64,000 nt of DNA from Planctomycetota bacterium (GCA_965223545.1 OZ245006.1:6656001-6720000), one strand, 5' to 3'. Counted from the stretch's first letter, positions 28,082 to 41,331 are shown. The notes: generated by a model from the sequence alone, not told the origin. Made by a program: numbers and translations.

Positions 28082-30187
28082 CTACAGACCGATCGTCAGA
28101 TCCACCGCGATCGTCGTAAGAAACCCTTGCACTGCGGTCGGGTCCAAGACCACGGCCTGCGTGTGGAGTTGGATTCCGCCGAGGGCCGCGGGCTCCGGAA
28201 TCGGCAGGGGCATGGTCGCAAAGCCACTCGTCCCGGTCACGGCGGGCAACGAGGTCGCCAGCGCCCCGGGATCGATCAAGAGCTGGCAGCCACCGGCAAG
28301 CGTGAGTTGCAGGGGCGCGGTCGAGATCAAGATCGCGGCAGCGCTCTGGCTGCTGCCGCGGAAGACATCGAATCCGAACGAGCGGTTACCCAAGTGGGGC
28401 TTGCCGAAGGACTCGAGCAAGGGCTGCGCCGAGGTGCTCATACAGCCGGCGCCGCGCCGCGCCACGGTAGCGATCGGCAACCTGGTCATCACTTGCGTGG
28501 TCGGATAGCGCTCGATGATCAAGCGCTTGCGAAACGAGTCGTATGCCGCGATGCCCGGTCCAACCGGTGGCGTCGAGACGGGCTGCCAGCCCGAAGTGCT
28601 CCAGCGCCAAACCGCGCTCCCGACCAGGAGCATCTCGTCGCGGTCCGCGTCCCAATGCAACTCGGTCCTCTCTTGGGTCGGTCCATTGTTCTGCAGTAGC
28701 GTCCAGCCGTCGCCGTCCCACTCCCAGGTATCGTCGAACCACTGCAGCGGAACCGATGGTTGGACAACGCCAGGGGAGCCATAGGTCGCCCCTCCGTGCA
28801 GCATGATCGTGCCGCGCTGCGGATGAAAGGCCATCGCTGCGGCAGATCGCGGCGACGGGCCCTGGCTCGCGGCGAGGCCCCACTGGCCGTCATCCCACCT
28901 CCACGTCTCGCCGTAGTTGGTCGTGACGTTGTATGAGCTGACTGCCCGCACTCGATAGCCACCGAACAGGATGGCGGCGCCGCTCGGCTCGTGGGCGAGG
29001 CCTGGCTCCACGTAGCCCGGCGCGCCTCCGAGACGCCGCCAGGCCGCTCCGTCGTAGGAGTACGTGTCACCGGTCCAAGGGGCGAACTCGCGCGCCGTCA
29101 CCACCCAGAGCTGCCGCAGCCGGTCGTTCCACATCGGAGAAAGCCGCGTGAAGACTCCGAAAGGGCTCGGCGCCGAGTCCTGTACCCACTCGATACCATT
29201 CCAGCTCCAAGCGCTTCCGATGCCGACGGCGATCGACTGGCGGCGCCGGGCATCGTAAGTGAGGTTGGAGACGAAAGGCCGCCGCAGAACGAGCTGCCAG
29301 CGCGTGCCGTCCCAGGAGGCGACATGGCCCTCGGTAGCGTGGGCGAGCAAGCCGCTGCGCGTCGACACCAGCCACCTTGACCCAGGTGCCGGCGGCAACG
29401 CGGCCCACTGGCTGCCATCCCAGCTCCACGCCTGGGTGGGCGTCGAGGACTTGGTTTCGAACAGAACGATGGTGGCCGTCGTCGGATCCCAAGCCATTGC
29501 CAGACCTGGGTTGATTTGCGTTGGGCCGCCGCTGGTCGTGCGTGCGCTCCATACCACGCCGTCCCACTCCCAAGTCGTCGCGTCAACGCCGTTGTGGAGC
29601 ACGATCACCTGGCGCAGTGGGTCGTACGCGAGTGCCACCGAGCCAGCGCGTCGCGTCGGCGCCATCGGTGCAGGCGCCTGCCGCCAACTGCTCCCGTCCC
29701 ATAGCCAGGTCTCGGCGTTGTAGCCCGAGGTGGATGGCGCCGATCCTCCGAACACCATGAGCTCGCCGCGGGCCGCGTCGTACGCCATGCGGTGTACGAG
29801 GCGCGGGCTGGGGCCGCCACCGTCGTCGAGCAGAGTCCAATCGACGCCGTCGAAGCTCCACAGCTCGGCATTGGGAGTACCTGAGCCATCGCTGCCCCCG
29901 AACAGCAACACGTTGCCAACCGCGTCGGCAGCGAGCGCGGAGCCGACGCGGTCGATCGGCATCGTCGATGGTTGGCGACTCACCCATCCACCGTTCCACT
30001 CCCACACGGCTTCCTGTCCGGGAGCGCCGACGTACGCCACGATCCGATCCCGAACCGGGTCGTAGGTCACTTCGGTGGAGGATACGGTCCTGGGTGCGAG
30101 TGTCCGTGATGACCAAGACGGCGGTTGGGCTACCAGGAGCCACGGCGCCCAGACTGCGACGACCACGGACGAAAGGGCTCGGGGCAT
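28082..30187 (-). CDS. Secreted kelch/galactose-oxidase-like beta-propeller repeat protein with a conserved C-terminal domain
   Basis: Repeats of the type AYD..R...VLFGG...TW.WDG..W; signal ending LVA|Q; GAGGAGG SD. Confidence 0.85.
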   Translation of the reverse strand: MPRALSSVVVAVWAPWLLVAQPPSWSSRTLAPRTVSSTEVTYDPVRDRIVAYVGAPGQEAVWEWNGGWVSRQPSTMPIDRVGSALAADAVGNVLLFGGSDGSGTPNAELWSFDGVDWTLLDDGGGPSPRLVHRMAYDAARGELMVFGGSAPSTSGYNAETWLWDGSSWRQAPAPMAPTRRAGSVALAYDPLRQVIVLHNGVDATTWEWDGVVWSARTTSGGPTQINPGLAMAWDPTTATIVLFETKSSTPTQAWSWDGSQWAALPPAPGSRWLVSTRSGLLAHATEGHVASWDGTRWQLVLRRPFVSNLTYDARRRQSIAVGIGSAWSWNGIEWVQDSAPSPFGVFTRLSPMWNDRLRQLWVVTAREFAPWTGDTYSYDGAAWRRLGGAPGYVEPGLAHEPSGAAILFGGYRVRAVSSYNVTTNYGETWRWDDGQWGLAASQGPSPRSAAAMAFHPQRGTIMLHGGATYGSPGVVQPSVPLQWFDDTWEWDGDGWTLLQNNGPTQERTELHWDADRDEMLLVGSAVWRWSTSGWQPVSTPPVGPGIAAYDSFRKRLIIERYPTTQVMTRLPIATVARRGAGCMSTSAQPLLESFGKPHLGNRSFGFDVFRGSSQSAAAILISTAPLQLTLAGGCQLLIDPGALATSLPAVTGTSGFATMPLPIPEPAALGGIQLHTQAVVLDPTAVQGFLTTIAVDLTIGL

Positions 30188-30503
30188 GTGTCCTCCTCGG
30201 GTTCGAATCCGGCGCTAGTATACGGCAGTGGTTTGGATCCCGGGGGGGAGGCCGGGTATCGAGCGTATCGGCCTCGAACACTCCGATGCGCCGGTATGAC
30301 GCGGCGACGATCGAGTATCGAGTGAGGATGCCCTCGGTGCTGCCGACCACTACCGAACCGCGGCCGAGCCGTCGCACTCGGTGACGACCAGAGAGTCGTC
30401 ATGGCCGAGCCAGGCTTCTTGACCGAGCGCTTGAACTCCGAGCTCACCGTCGAGGTCCCCAGCGTGCACGTCGCCTTGCTGGGGGTGCCGGTGGCTAATC
30501 GAG

Positions 30504-31637
30504 TCACTGGTTCGGCATGTTGAGGACGACGGTCGCGGCAGTCGACAGCTGGAGCGGCCCCGAGGGCGGCGCGACGACGGCCTGCAGTACCACGGGCAAC
30601 CGCTGGACCGACGGCGGCATGAACGCGGACACGGGCGTGGAGTGGAACAGGTAGCCCCGGTTGTCGAGTGTGCCGGTGAACGTGATGGCGAAGGCTGCCG
30701 GATCGATCCACAGCTCGGGCCATCCAAGTGACGGGAGGAAGGGGGGCGGTGGCTGCATGCGGGCGAAGCTGCCGAGCACGACGAAGAAGGCGTTGGCGGA
30801 GCCCCAGAGGCGGTACTCGAGGATGTCGAGGTACGCAAATACCGAGACCGCGGGGATCGGATTGGGGATGAGCTGGATGTTGCCGACGATGGTCTTGGGC
30901 GCTCGTTCGTACGTGAGCGTGCCGCCATTGGCGAGCACGTCGGGTGCGGTGCCGCACGGACCCGAGGCCCCGACGGGAAAGCTACTTGGACCGGCCAGCA
31001 GGATGTCGGAGTTTGTGGTGACCAGGCCGGGGTACGGGGTGGGGCAGAGGTGTGTGAACCAGCCCGAATCGATGATGGTGACGCGGGAGTTGATGCAGGT
31101 GAATGGCAGAGTGCTGGTCGGGAAGAAGGAAGAAGGAGCCGAAGGCCGTGTAGTTGATGACGACGTTGCTGTTCTCGATGTGCCAGCGCTCGGCTCCACT
31201 GCTGGTCACGGTGACGTTCTTGCAGTTCTTGATCTCGAGCAGCGAGTCGGTGTTGGCCGAGGTGGATACATCTTGCAGGTGCACGTGGCCATCGCAGTCG
31301 AGGACGTGTAGGTTTCCGACTCCCGTGATCAACCCGATCGCAGTCGAGTTAAGTACAGCGCGCTGGCCGACGGGCACGCCTTGGATGGTGGTTGTGCCCA
31401 ACGCGAGGCCCCTTACCACGGGGTAGATCTCGACCCCCTTGCGATCATCGGCGCGGTGTACGTGCCTCCGGGTGCACTGGTGCGGACGACGACGTGGTCA
31501 CCGGGTGCGGCGGCCTGGACCGCCGGTGGCAGGTCGGTGAAGTGTGTTCCCGGGCCGTTGAAGGCATCGACGATCCAGGTTTTTTGGGCCGGGGCGAAGC
31601 CGGCAATGACGCCGAGTGCGAGGAATGACAAGCGCAT
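30504..31637 (-). pseudogene. Secreted protein gene interrupted by two frameshifts (pseudogene or sequencing indels)
   Basis: MRLSFLALGVIAGFAPAQKTWIVDAFNGPGTHFTDLPPAV... joins the frame of ORF 30982-31419 near 31440 (one base missing) and the frame of ORF 30504-31199 near 31098 (one extra base). Confidence 0.7.
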
Positions 31638-31646
31638 GAGAGCTCC

Positions 31647-32600
31647 CTACGGTGAAGAGGCGCTGCACAGTTCGAAGCGGCGGATCCCGGTCGCTGTAGC
31701 GATGTAGAGCTCGGGCACCCCGTCAGGGCCGATGAGATCCTTGGCGTAGATCGAGTGGAATGCACCCGCCGAGCCTTCGACGAGGCCGCGGTAGATCGGC
31801 TGACCACTCTGAGTGAGTCCGCCGCCGGCGCCCACTGTTGGGTCCCAGCGGAATACGACGATCTCCCCGGCTGCGGTTGTGATCAGGATTTCGGTGTCGT
31901 TTGGGTTGCAGTCCAGGTCGGCGACCAAGGCTCCGGTAGCACCCCAGCCCGGGAAGTGCGGGTCGTAGGGGGTGCCGCCCAACGGCACCTGCTGTAACGT
32001 CGTCAGGCCTTGTGTGATCGGGTCGTAGTCGAGGATGGACAGTGACGCCCGCGCGTATTCACCGCCGTACCCGATCGGATCGAAGTACGGCGCGAACACG
32101 ATTTCGTCGCGTTCGTCGCCGTCCAGGTCGTGCAGTGCCAGCGCCAGGCCGCCGAGGCCGAGATCTGCACTCTGCGCCAGGATCGCAGATGTGGGCGAAG
32201 TGGGGGTTGTGCCACCGAAGTAGGCGTCGAGGACTTGCACTTTGCCGCCAAAGCCCGCGACCACGGGTCGGGGATGCTCCTGTCCTGATGTCTGTTGCGT
32301 GCGCACGGCGAGCAGGCCGAAGTGTGCCGGGTCACCCATGTACGTGTAAGGTTCGAGGTGCTTGTTCGCCGCGGCAGATCGCGTGCCGTGCATGCGGAAG
32401 AGCACGACGGCGGTCGGGCGTTCGAGAACCCTGTCGGCGGGGAGAGGGGCGACGATCTCGAACGAAGCGACGTTGGTTTCGCCCTTTGGCGTCCCCTGCA
32501 GCTCCCCGATCCAGTTCTGCAGGTTCTGGATGCGCGGCAATGGCAATGGCAAGATTGACTGGTCGCTTTCGTCGACGCCCTCGATCGGGGTCCACCCTCG
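31647..32600 (-). pseudogene. 5'-truncated FG-GAP/VCBS-repeat protein
   Basis: DLDGDERDEI, DLDCN..DTEI and DLIGPDGVPEL motifs; no start or signal peptide; upstream end abuts the IS66 remnant; boundary approximate. Confidence 0.6.
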
Positions 32601-32604
32601 ATGT

Positions 32605-32750
32605 TGGATCGCCACGGAGATCGAGGCCGTCCAACAAGAGCGCGAGTTCGCTATTCGCAATCTCGAATCGGCTGCTGTTCTCCGCGGAGCGATCGAATAC
32701 CGGAAAGCGGCCGCTCGTCAGTCGCTTCGCCAGCACCCAGTAACCGGACG
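32605..32750 (-). mobile_element. IS66-family accessory TnpB (Orf2) C-terminal remnant
   Basis: SGYWVLAKRLTSGRFP...EI...ELALLLDGLDLR matches the IS66 TnpB G.W...KRL..GRF...L..LL.G.DL pattern. Confidence 0.75.
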
Positions 32751-32752
32751 AC

Positions 32753-33802
32753 TCAATTCTTCCTCACTGTGATCCGCGCGATGATCTCCCCGAGGTTGGA
32801 GGAAGACATATTGCGATACGGCGACACGAACTTCTTCCTGAATTGGTCGTCGATATTGATCACCTCCTTCGGCTCGTATTTGATTACAGTGAACCCGCCA
32901 GACTCGAACTTAGCTATCCACTCACGCGGACGTACGCGATTCTGCCGCACTCGGCAGAGCTTGCCCGGCAAATCTGTAACATCTCCTGCGGCATTAGAAG
33001 CTTCATGAGACAGGTAGTCCAAGGGGTGTACGTCCTTGTCCTGGTATCGCCTGTGATCCGTAGCATCGACCAGGTGAACACCAAACCCACCCGCAGACGT
33101 CACTCGCGATAACTCTCCAACCACACTGTCTGGCTCGAGCACATGCTCCAAGAACGCGTGCGACACCGCCAAGTCCACCTCACCGTCACGTATCGGTAGG
33201 TCCGCGGCATCAGCACACCTCCAGCACAGCTTTTCCCCATCGATTCCAGCAACATCTCCTTGGGCAAGCCTGGCCACACCAAAGCTACGGAGGTTCTGCA
33301 AGACCTCTAACCGGCTTATTGCGTACCCACCCACAACCGATGTCGGGTGCAGCAGCATCGCGGCGATCAGGTCGGCTAGCGCTCGCGCTGCCCGAGGCTC
33401 GTGCTCTGGACGACTAGTATCCACAGCATACGCACGCGTTGCCCCCAACATAATGTGTAGCATTGACAGGCCTCCGGGGTTCCAGGACCCACACCCCAGG
33501 TCGAGAACTGTCTTCCCACTCAAAGAATAGTCGCTGTCCCCCAGGGCTTTGCACATTCCTCGAAAATCTCGACCAATTCGACGAGGAGAGAGTCGGTTTG
33601 TCGGTCGATCTAAGAAGGCAGCTGCAGTATCGATGAAGGGTTTCAGATCCCAAGCTACACCGCTCGTAACCTGCTTGCTGGAAAGCCGTGCGATGAGTTC
33701 ACCGCAGAGAGCTTCCGTAGAGACCTCCGAGAGGCGGGGATCGTCGTCGGGAATAGAACCGACGCCCCATGAAGGGAGTTGGCCAGACATCGCTCTACTC
33801 AT
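32753..33802 (-). CDS. Class I SAM-dependent methyltransferase (low-GC, likely horizontally acquired)
   Basis: VLDLGCG, DAADLP..DGEVDLAVSHAFLEHV, EL.RV...GG; visibly AT-richer codons; start at 33802 or 33790. Confidence 0.8.
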   Translation of the reverse strand: MSRAMSGQLPSWGVGSIPDDDPRLSEVSTEALCGELIARLSSKQVTSGVAWDLKPFIDTAAAFLDRPTNRLSPRRIGRDFRGMCKALGDSDYSLSGKTVLDLGCGSWNPGGLSMLHIMLGATRAYAVDTSRPEHEPRAARALADLIAAMLLHPTSVVGGYAISRLEVLQNLRSFGVARLAQGDVAGIDGEKLCWRCADAADLPIRDGEVDLAVSHAFLEHVLEPDSVVGELSRVTSAGGFGVHLVDATDHRRYQDKDVHPLDYLSHEASNAAGDVTDLPGKLCRVRQNRVRPREWIAKFESGGFTVIKYEPKEVINIDDQFRKKFVSPYRNMSSSNLGEIIARITVRKN

Positions 33803-34164
33803 AGAACGGGATAAGCCGATTGTCGCCGCCAAGAGGCGCAAACGGCGGTGCCGCTTCTCAGCGCCCGGGAGTTGCGGAATCGAACTCCTGACGGCAAACG
33901 GCCTTCGGAAATGTTGCCGCCGCGCGAAGGCTCTCGGCCCCGGACGCTCAGTCCGAAACCAGCCGCGATGATTGCGCAAAAGTGGTGCTGATCACGCATT
34001 TCGAGCGCCTCCTGGGTCTCCAACTCCGGTGTGGACAGCGTGGATCGTGCCGCTGCACGCTGCACGGGCTTGTAGCCTTGGAGACTAGCGTCCCGCGGCG
34101 ATCTGGTCGATCCCCTCGGCCGTTGGAGCGGCATCGTCGCCCGTCGCCGACGACGAGAGAGCCC

Positions 34165-34821
34165 TCAGTCCGCGTAACTCGCCATCAAGTACAACGGCTG
34201 CAACGCCTGGGCCGAAGCCGGAGTCGTCGCGATGCGCGGATCGAGCAGCAGCGCCGCGCGTTGCGCCGGCTCGGCGCGCGCAGTGACCCAGCCCACCACG
34301 CGCTCCTCCACCACGCCCCGCAAGGTCGGCTCGAGGCTCTCCTCGGCGAGCACCGTCTCGTCGTCGCGCATCGCCGCCGCGCACTCTTCCAGCGGCGTGG
34401 CCCGCGGTTTCTCGACGAGCACGACGTGCTGGCGCAGCTCGACGCGGGCGTGGTGCGCGCACCCGCGGCGCGCGTCGAGCAGGACGCGCACCGGGCCGCG
34501 GGCCCGCTCCACTGACCACGCGTGCAGGGCGAGTAGCTCGAGGCTGGTGGCGGTGTAGACCGCGACTCTGCCGAAGCGGTGTAGTGTGCGCGCGAACGTG
34601 GTGGCGACGCGCAAGCCGGTGTAGGAGCCGGGGCCGATGTCGACGTGCATTGCTTGGCAAGCGCGCGGGGGCAGGCCGGCTTGCGCAAACAGGGTGGCGA
34701 CGCCCTCGGCGAGGCCGTCGGGGCAGTCGGTCGTCTGTCGGGTGCCGTCGTCGCGCTGCAGGACGCAGCCGTAGCGGCCGGCGCTGGCGGAGATGGCGAG
34801 CGCGATCGGTGGGGTCGGCAT
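34165..34821 (-). CDS. tsaB: tRNA t6A biosynthesis protein TsaB
   Basis: VDIGPGSYTGLRV, LDARRG, terminal LQPLYL. Confidence 0.85.
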   Translation of the reverse strand: MPTPPIALAISASAGRYGCVLQRDDGTRQTTDCPDGLAEGVATLFAQAGLPPRACQAMHVDIGPGSYTGLRVATTFARTLHRFGRVAVYTATSLELLALHAWSVERARGPVRVLLDARRGCAHHARVELRQHVVLVEKPRATPLEECAAAMRDDETVLAEESLEPTLRGVVEERVVGWVTARAEPAQRAALLLDPRIATTPASAQALQPLYLMASYAD

Positions 34822-34827
34822 CTTGGC

Positions 34828-36177
34828 TCAGCTGCCGATCGCTGCGCGCACTGCGCTCGCGATGTGCTCGGTGTGGCGCTGCACGGCGTCGGCTGCCGGG
34901 CCCTCGACCATCACGCGGCAGAGGTTCTCGGTGCCCGAGTAGCGCAGCACCACGCGGCCGTCGCGGCCGAGGGCTTGCTCGACGTCGCGCACCGCCTGCT
35001 GCACGCCGTCGAGGTCTTCGAGCGCGGGCTTGTCGCGCACGGTGACGTTGACCAGCAGTTGGGGGAAGCGGTGGAACTCGGAGAATGCCGCAGCGCTGCC
35101 GCTGGCGATGTCGGGCAGCGACAGCAGCTCGAGCGCGGTCAGCAGGCCGTCGCCGGTGTAGTCGCCGCGCTCGGCGAAGATGATGTGGCCCGATTGCTCG
35201 CCGCCGAAGCCGAAGCCGTGCTCGCGCATCGCCTGCACGACCGAGCGGTCGCCGACCGGCGTGGTGTGCACGGCGATGCCGCGCGCCTCGAGGCAGCGGT
35301 GCAGGCCGAGGTTGCTCATCACCGTGGCGACCACGGTGTCGTGCGGCAGCGCGCCCTGCGCGCGCAGCTGAGGACCCAGCAGCGCCATCACCGCATCGCC
35401 GTCGCGCACCTCACCGCGGTCGTCGACGAAGATGCCGCGGTCGCCGTCGCCGTCCAGGCAGATGCCGAGCAGCGCCTTGGCCTCGAGGACCGCCGGCGCC
35501 AGCTTTGCGGCGTGCAGCGCGCCGACGTCCTTGTTGATGTTGTTGCCGTCGGGAGCGCAGCCGGTGACCACCACCTCGGCGCCGAAGCCGCGCAGCACCG
35601 CGGGCAGCACGTCGGAGCCGCCGCCGTGCGCGGCGTCGACAACCAGCACCTGGCCGCTCAGGTCGAGCTGCGGGAACTGGTTGGCGAGAAACTCCTGGTA
35701 GCGCGTCGTCAGCTCGGGGGCGTGCCGCGTGCGGGGTGCGTGGTCGGTGTCGAAGTCGACTTCCACCGCCAGCCGCTCGATCTCGCGCTCGGCGTCGTCG
35801 CCGAGCTTGCGCCCGGCGTGGTCGAAGATCTTGATGCCGTTGTCGGACGCCGGGTTGTGGGACGCGCTGATCATGATGCCGGCCGAAAACGGCTCGGTGC
35901 GGGCGGCAAACGCCAGCGCCGGCGTCGTCACCAGGCCGATGTCGACCGCGGTCGCCTCCGCCGCGGACAGCCCGCTGGTGAGCGCGCGTAGGATCCACTC
36001 GGCGGAGCCGCGGCCGTCGTTGCCCAGCACCACGCGCTTGTCCGCCGGCCCGGCGCGCTGCAGGTAGACGCCGAGCGCGGCACCGATCCGCGCCAGGGTA
36101 GTCGCGTCCATGGGCGGCACGCCGGCCTCGCCGCGCAGGCCGTCGGTGCCGAAACGAGGGGCCGTGGTGTCGTGCAT
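34828..36177 (-). CDS. glmM: Phosphoglucosamine mutase
   Basis: FGTDGLRG, MISASHNP, DGDGDR, GGEQSGH, RYSGTE. Confidence 0.95.
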   Translation of the reverse strand: MHDTTAPRFGTDGLRGEAGVPPMDATTLARIGAALGVYLQRAGPADKRVVLGNDGRGSAEWILRALTSGLSAAEATAVDIGLVTTPALAFAARTEPFSAGIMISASHNPASDNGIKIFDHAGRKLGDDAEREIERLAVEVDFDTDHAPRTRHAPELTTRYQEFLANQFPQLDLSGQVLVVDAAHGGGSDVLPAVLRGFGAEVVVTGCAPDGNNINKDVGALHAAKLAPAVLEAKALLGICLDGDGDRGIFVDDRGEVRDGDAVMALLGPQLRAQGALPHDTVVATVMSNLGLHRCLEARGIAVHTTPVGDRSVVQAMREHGFGFGGEQSGHIIFAERGDYTGDGLLTALELLSLPDIASGSAAAFSEFHRFPQLLVNVTVRDKPALEDLDGVQQAVRDVEQALGRDGRVVLRYSGTENLCRVMVEGPAADAVQRHTEHIASAVRAAIGS

Positions 36178-36189
36178 GGGTCTCTCAAG

Positions 36190-37371
36190 CTACTGGCCGC
36201 CGCTGTCCTTGAAGTGTGCCTCGAGCGGCACCACGGGGGAACGATAGTGGGTGCCCTCGACGAAGCGACCGTCGGGAAACCACAGCCTCCCCTGGATCAC
36301 CGTCGGCTGGCCAGGCGTCGCATCTGCAGGCAGAACGGCGAGAATGCACAGGTTGTGGCGCACCCACTCCTGCAGCGCCGCGCCCTGCTTGCCCGCGAGC
36401 TCGGCGTCCAGCGGGCTGGCGACCAGTAGGGTGATCTTGGCGTCCTCGATCGGCTCGAACTGGTCGGCGTCGTACTCGGTCTGGAAGGTCAGCAGCTCGA
36501 CCGGCACCGACAGCTCGAACGACTGATAGGCGGGGCGCACCGGAAACTCGACCTCGACGCGCGGCGGCTCGAAGCGCAGCCGGCGGGTCTGCGTCCAGTA
36601 GACGTGCACGGCGGCGACCTGCCGGATTGCGCGGTGCGTCGTGCCGGCCCAGCTGGTCAGGTCGACCGAGAACAGCGGCTCGGTGGGGGCGTCGGCTCGC
36701 GGGGTGTCCAGCTGGCGTTCGAGCGCGCGCACGTCGGAGGCCGACCCGGTCACGGTAATGCTCTCCGGCGAGAACGTCGCCGCCTGGCGGTCGAGCCGCG
36801 CGCTCAGCGAGGGATCGGACGCCGGGAAGAGGATCTGCAGGAGGTCCGGGGTTGGCTGTAGCTCGAAAGTCTCCAGCGGCTCGAGCTCGACGCGGATGCG
36901 CGCCGGCACCATGCGCACCGTGGCACGCTCGAGACCGTCACGCAGCTGTAGGTCGGCGGCCTCGAACTCGAAGAACGGCGTCGGCGTGTTGCGGTGCAGC
37001 CGGTCGCTCGGATCCACCGTGGCGCGCAGGATCGAGCCGAGGATGGCGATGGTGCTCTTGCCGCCCACGAAGCTGAGGCTGACCTGCGTCACCGGCGCCC
37101 CACTGCCGCTGGCGTCGAGGAACGACTTCACCGCGAACTCCTGCGGTGAGACCAAGATGTCGACCGACGAGCCGAGCGGGGCGTCGCCGGCGCGCACCCC
37201 GCCGGCCGGGTCGGCGAGCCGCAGGGCGCACGCGGGGAACTCCTTGGACTCGCTGACGTAGCCGTCCACCCAGTACCACAGGCCGACGGCGAGCGCGATC
37301 GACAGGAGCTTGCGCCATGGATCCGACCACAGCCCCGCCCAGAAACCGTCGTTGTCGCGCGCTCTGCTCAC
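36190..37371 (-). CDS. CdaR/YbbR-like membrane-anchored protein
   Basis: KLLSIALAVGLW anchor, P..ITVTGS segment, position between cdaA and glmM; GTGA overlap. Confidence 0.7.
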   Translation of the reverse strand: MSRARDNDGFWAGLWSDPWRKLLSIALAVGLWYWVDGYVSESKEFPACALRLADPAGGVRAGDAPLGSSVDILVSPQEFAVKSFLDASGSGAPVTQVSLSFVGGKSTIAILGSILRATVDPSDRLHRNTPTPFFEFEAADLQLRDGLERATVRMVPARIRVELEPLETFELQPTPDLLQILFPASDPSLSARLDRQAATFSPESITVTGSASDVRALERQLDTPRADAPTEPLFSVDLTSWAGTTHRAIRQVAAVHVYWTQTRRLRFEPPRVEVEFPVRPAYQSFELSVPVELLTFQTEYDADQFEPIEDAKITLLVASPLDAELAGKQGAALQEWVRHNLCILAVLPADATPGQPTVIQGRLWFPDGRFVEGTHYRSPVVPLEAHFKDSGGQ

Positions 37372-38171
37372 GATGTGGCCACCTCCGCCGCCGGCTCGCG
37401 GCGCGGCTTGCGGCCGGGGAGGCCCAGCGACGCCTCGATCGCCATCTCGAGCTGCTCGAGGGTGATGTTGTGCGTCAGCTTGCCGTTGAGCGCGTAGCTG
37501 ATCTTGCCGGTTTCCTCGGAGACGACGACCGCCAGTGCATCGCACTCCTCGGTGAGCCCGACCGCCGCGCGGTGCCGCGTGCCGAGCCGCTTGTCGATCG
37601 CCGGGTTCTCGCTCAGCGGCAGCACGCACTTGGCGGCGACGATGCGGTTGTCGCGCACCACGACCGCGCCGTCGTGCAGGGGGCTCGACTTGGAGAAGAT
37701 CGACTCGACCAAGTAGGAGTTGATCTCGGCGTCGAGCAGGATGCCCGACGCGGTGAAGTTGGCCAGCGAGCCCTCGCGCTCGATCGCGATCAGCGCGCCG
37801 ACGCGGTCCTTGGCGAGCCGGGCGACGCCGCGCAGCAGGCGCGGCACCGACCGCTCCTTGCGGCGGAAGGCGGCGAAGATCGGCGTCTCGCCCAGGTGCA
37901 CGATGGCGCGGCGGATCTCGGGCTGGAACACGACGATCAGGCCGAGGATGGCAAACTGGGTGATCTGCAATGCGACTTTCTCGAGGCGTCGCAGTTCGAA
38001 GGTGTTGATCAGCACGCTGAAGGTCACGATGCCGATCAGCAGCAGCAGCGACAGGCCGCGGATCACGCCCGCGCCGCGCGTCTCGCGCAGAAAGCGCATC
38101 ACCGCGTAGATGCCGACCGCGAACACCGACACCTCGAGCGCCATCTTGAGGTAGTCGCTGATCGGGTTCAT
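37368..38171 (-). CDS. cdaA: Diadenylate cyclase CdaA
   Basis: Three TMs, VVFQPEIRR, PLHDGAV, LGTRHRAA, VSEETG. Confidence 0.95.
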   Translation of the reverse strand: MNPISDYLKMALEVSVFAVGIYAVMRFLRETRGAGVIRGLSLLLLIGIVTFSVLINTFELRRLEKVALQITQFAILGLIVVFQPEIRRAIVHLGETPIFAAFRRKERSVPRLLRGVARLAKDRVGALIAIEREGSLANFTASGILLDAEINSYLVESIFSKSSPLHDGAVVVRDNRIVAAKCVLPLSENPAIDKRLGTRHRAAVGLTEECDALAVVVSEETGKISYALNGKLTHNITLEQLEMAIEASLGLPGRKPRREPAAEVATS

Positions 38172-39021
38172 CGCGCAGCCTCCGCAGTGCGCACCGCGTC
38201 GCTGACGGTCACCACGTCGCGCATCTCGGCGACATCGTGGACGCGGACGATCTCGACACCGCCCAGCGCCAGGCAGGCGACGGCGGCGGCCGTACCCGCC
38301 AACCGTGCCTCGACCTCCCGGCCGGTCAGCTGACCGAGAAACGACTTGCGCGAGGGGCCGACGACCAGCGGGAAGCCGGCCGCGCGCAGCGCGTCGACGT
38401 GCGCCAGCAGCGCGACGCAGTCCTCGGCCGTGGTGCCGAAGCCGATGCCCGGATCGAGCAGGATCGCCTCCTTGGCGATGCCGGCCGCCTGCGCCCGGTC
38501 CGCCGCCGCCGCCAGCTGCTGCGCGACGACCTCGGCCAGCCGGCGGCCGGCGGGCGGGGTCGCCGCCGGCGTGCGGGCGGGCGCGAAGCGGTGCATCAGC
38601 ACGACGGGACAGCGGTGCTCGGCGACCACCGCGGCCAAGTCGGCATCGGCCGAAAGGGCGGTGGTGTCGTTGATCCAGTCCGCACCGGCCGCCAGCGCGG
38701 TCGCGGCGACTTCGGCACGGGTCGTGTCGATCGAGATCGGCACGTCGATCCGCGGGCGCAGCGCGTCGAGCACCGGCATCAGCCGCTCGAGCTGCTGCGC
38801 GGCGGGAACCTCTGCGTGGCCCGGCCTGGTGCTCTCGGCGCCCAGGTCGAGGATCGATGCACCGGCCTCGACCATCGCCTCGGCGTGGGCCACGGCGACC
38901 TGCGAGTCGACGAAGCGGCCGCCGTCCGAGAACGAGTCCGGCGTCACGTTGAGCACGCCCATCAACTGCGTGCGACCGCCGCCCAGCGCTAGTGATCTAC
39001 CGTGGGGCGACGCGATCCGCA

Positions 39022-39022
<1 letters not shown>
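38168..39022 (-). CDS. folP: Dihydropteroate synthase
   Basis: MGVLNVTPDSFSDGG, ESTRPG, SIDT, DPGIGF, SRKSF, RVHDV. Confidence 0.95.

Positions 39023-41331
<2,309 letters not shown>

Noticed and set aside
30196..30215. GGTTCGAATCC tRNA T-loop-like motif (possible att site)
   Set aside because: The T-stem does not pair beyond 2 bp; no cloverleaf, duplicate copy or integrase found
32605..32750. RNA-guided TnpB (IS200/IS605) nuclease
   Set aside because: The fragment matches the unrelated IS66 accessory TnpB; no RuvC or zinc-finger motifs
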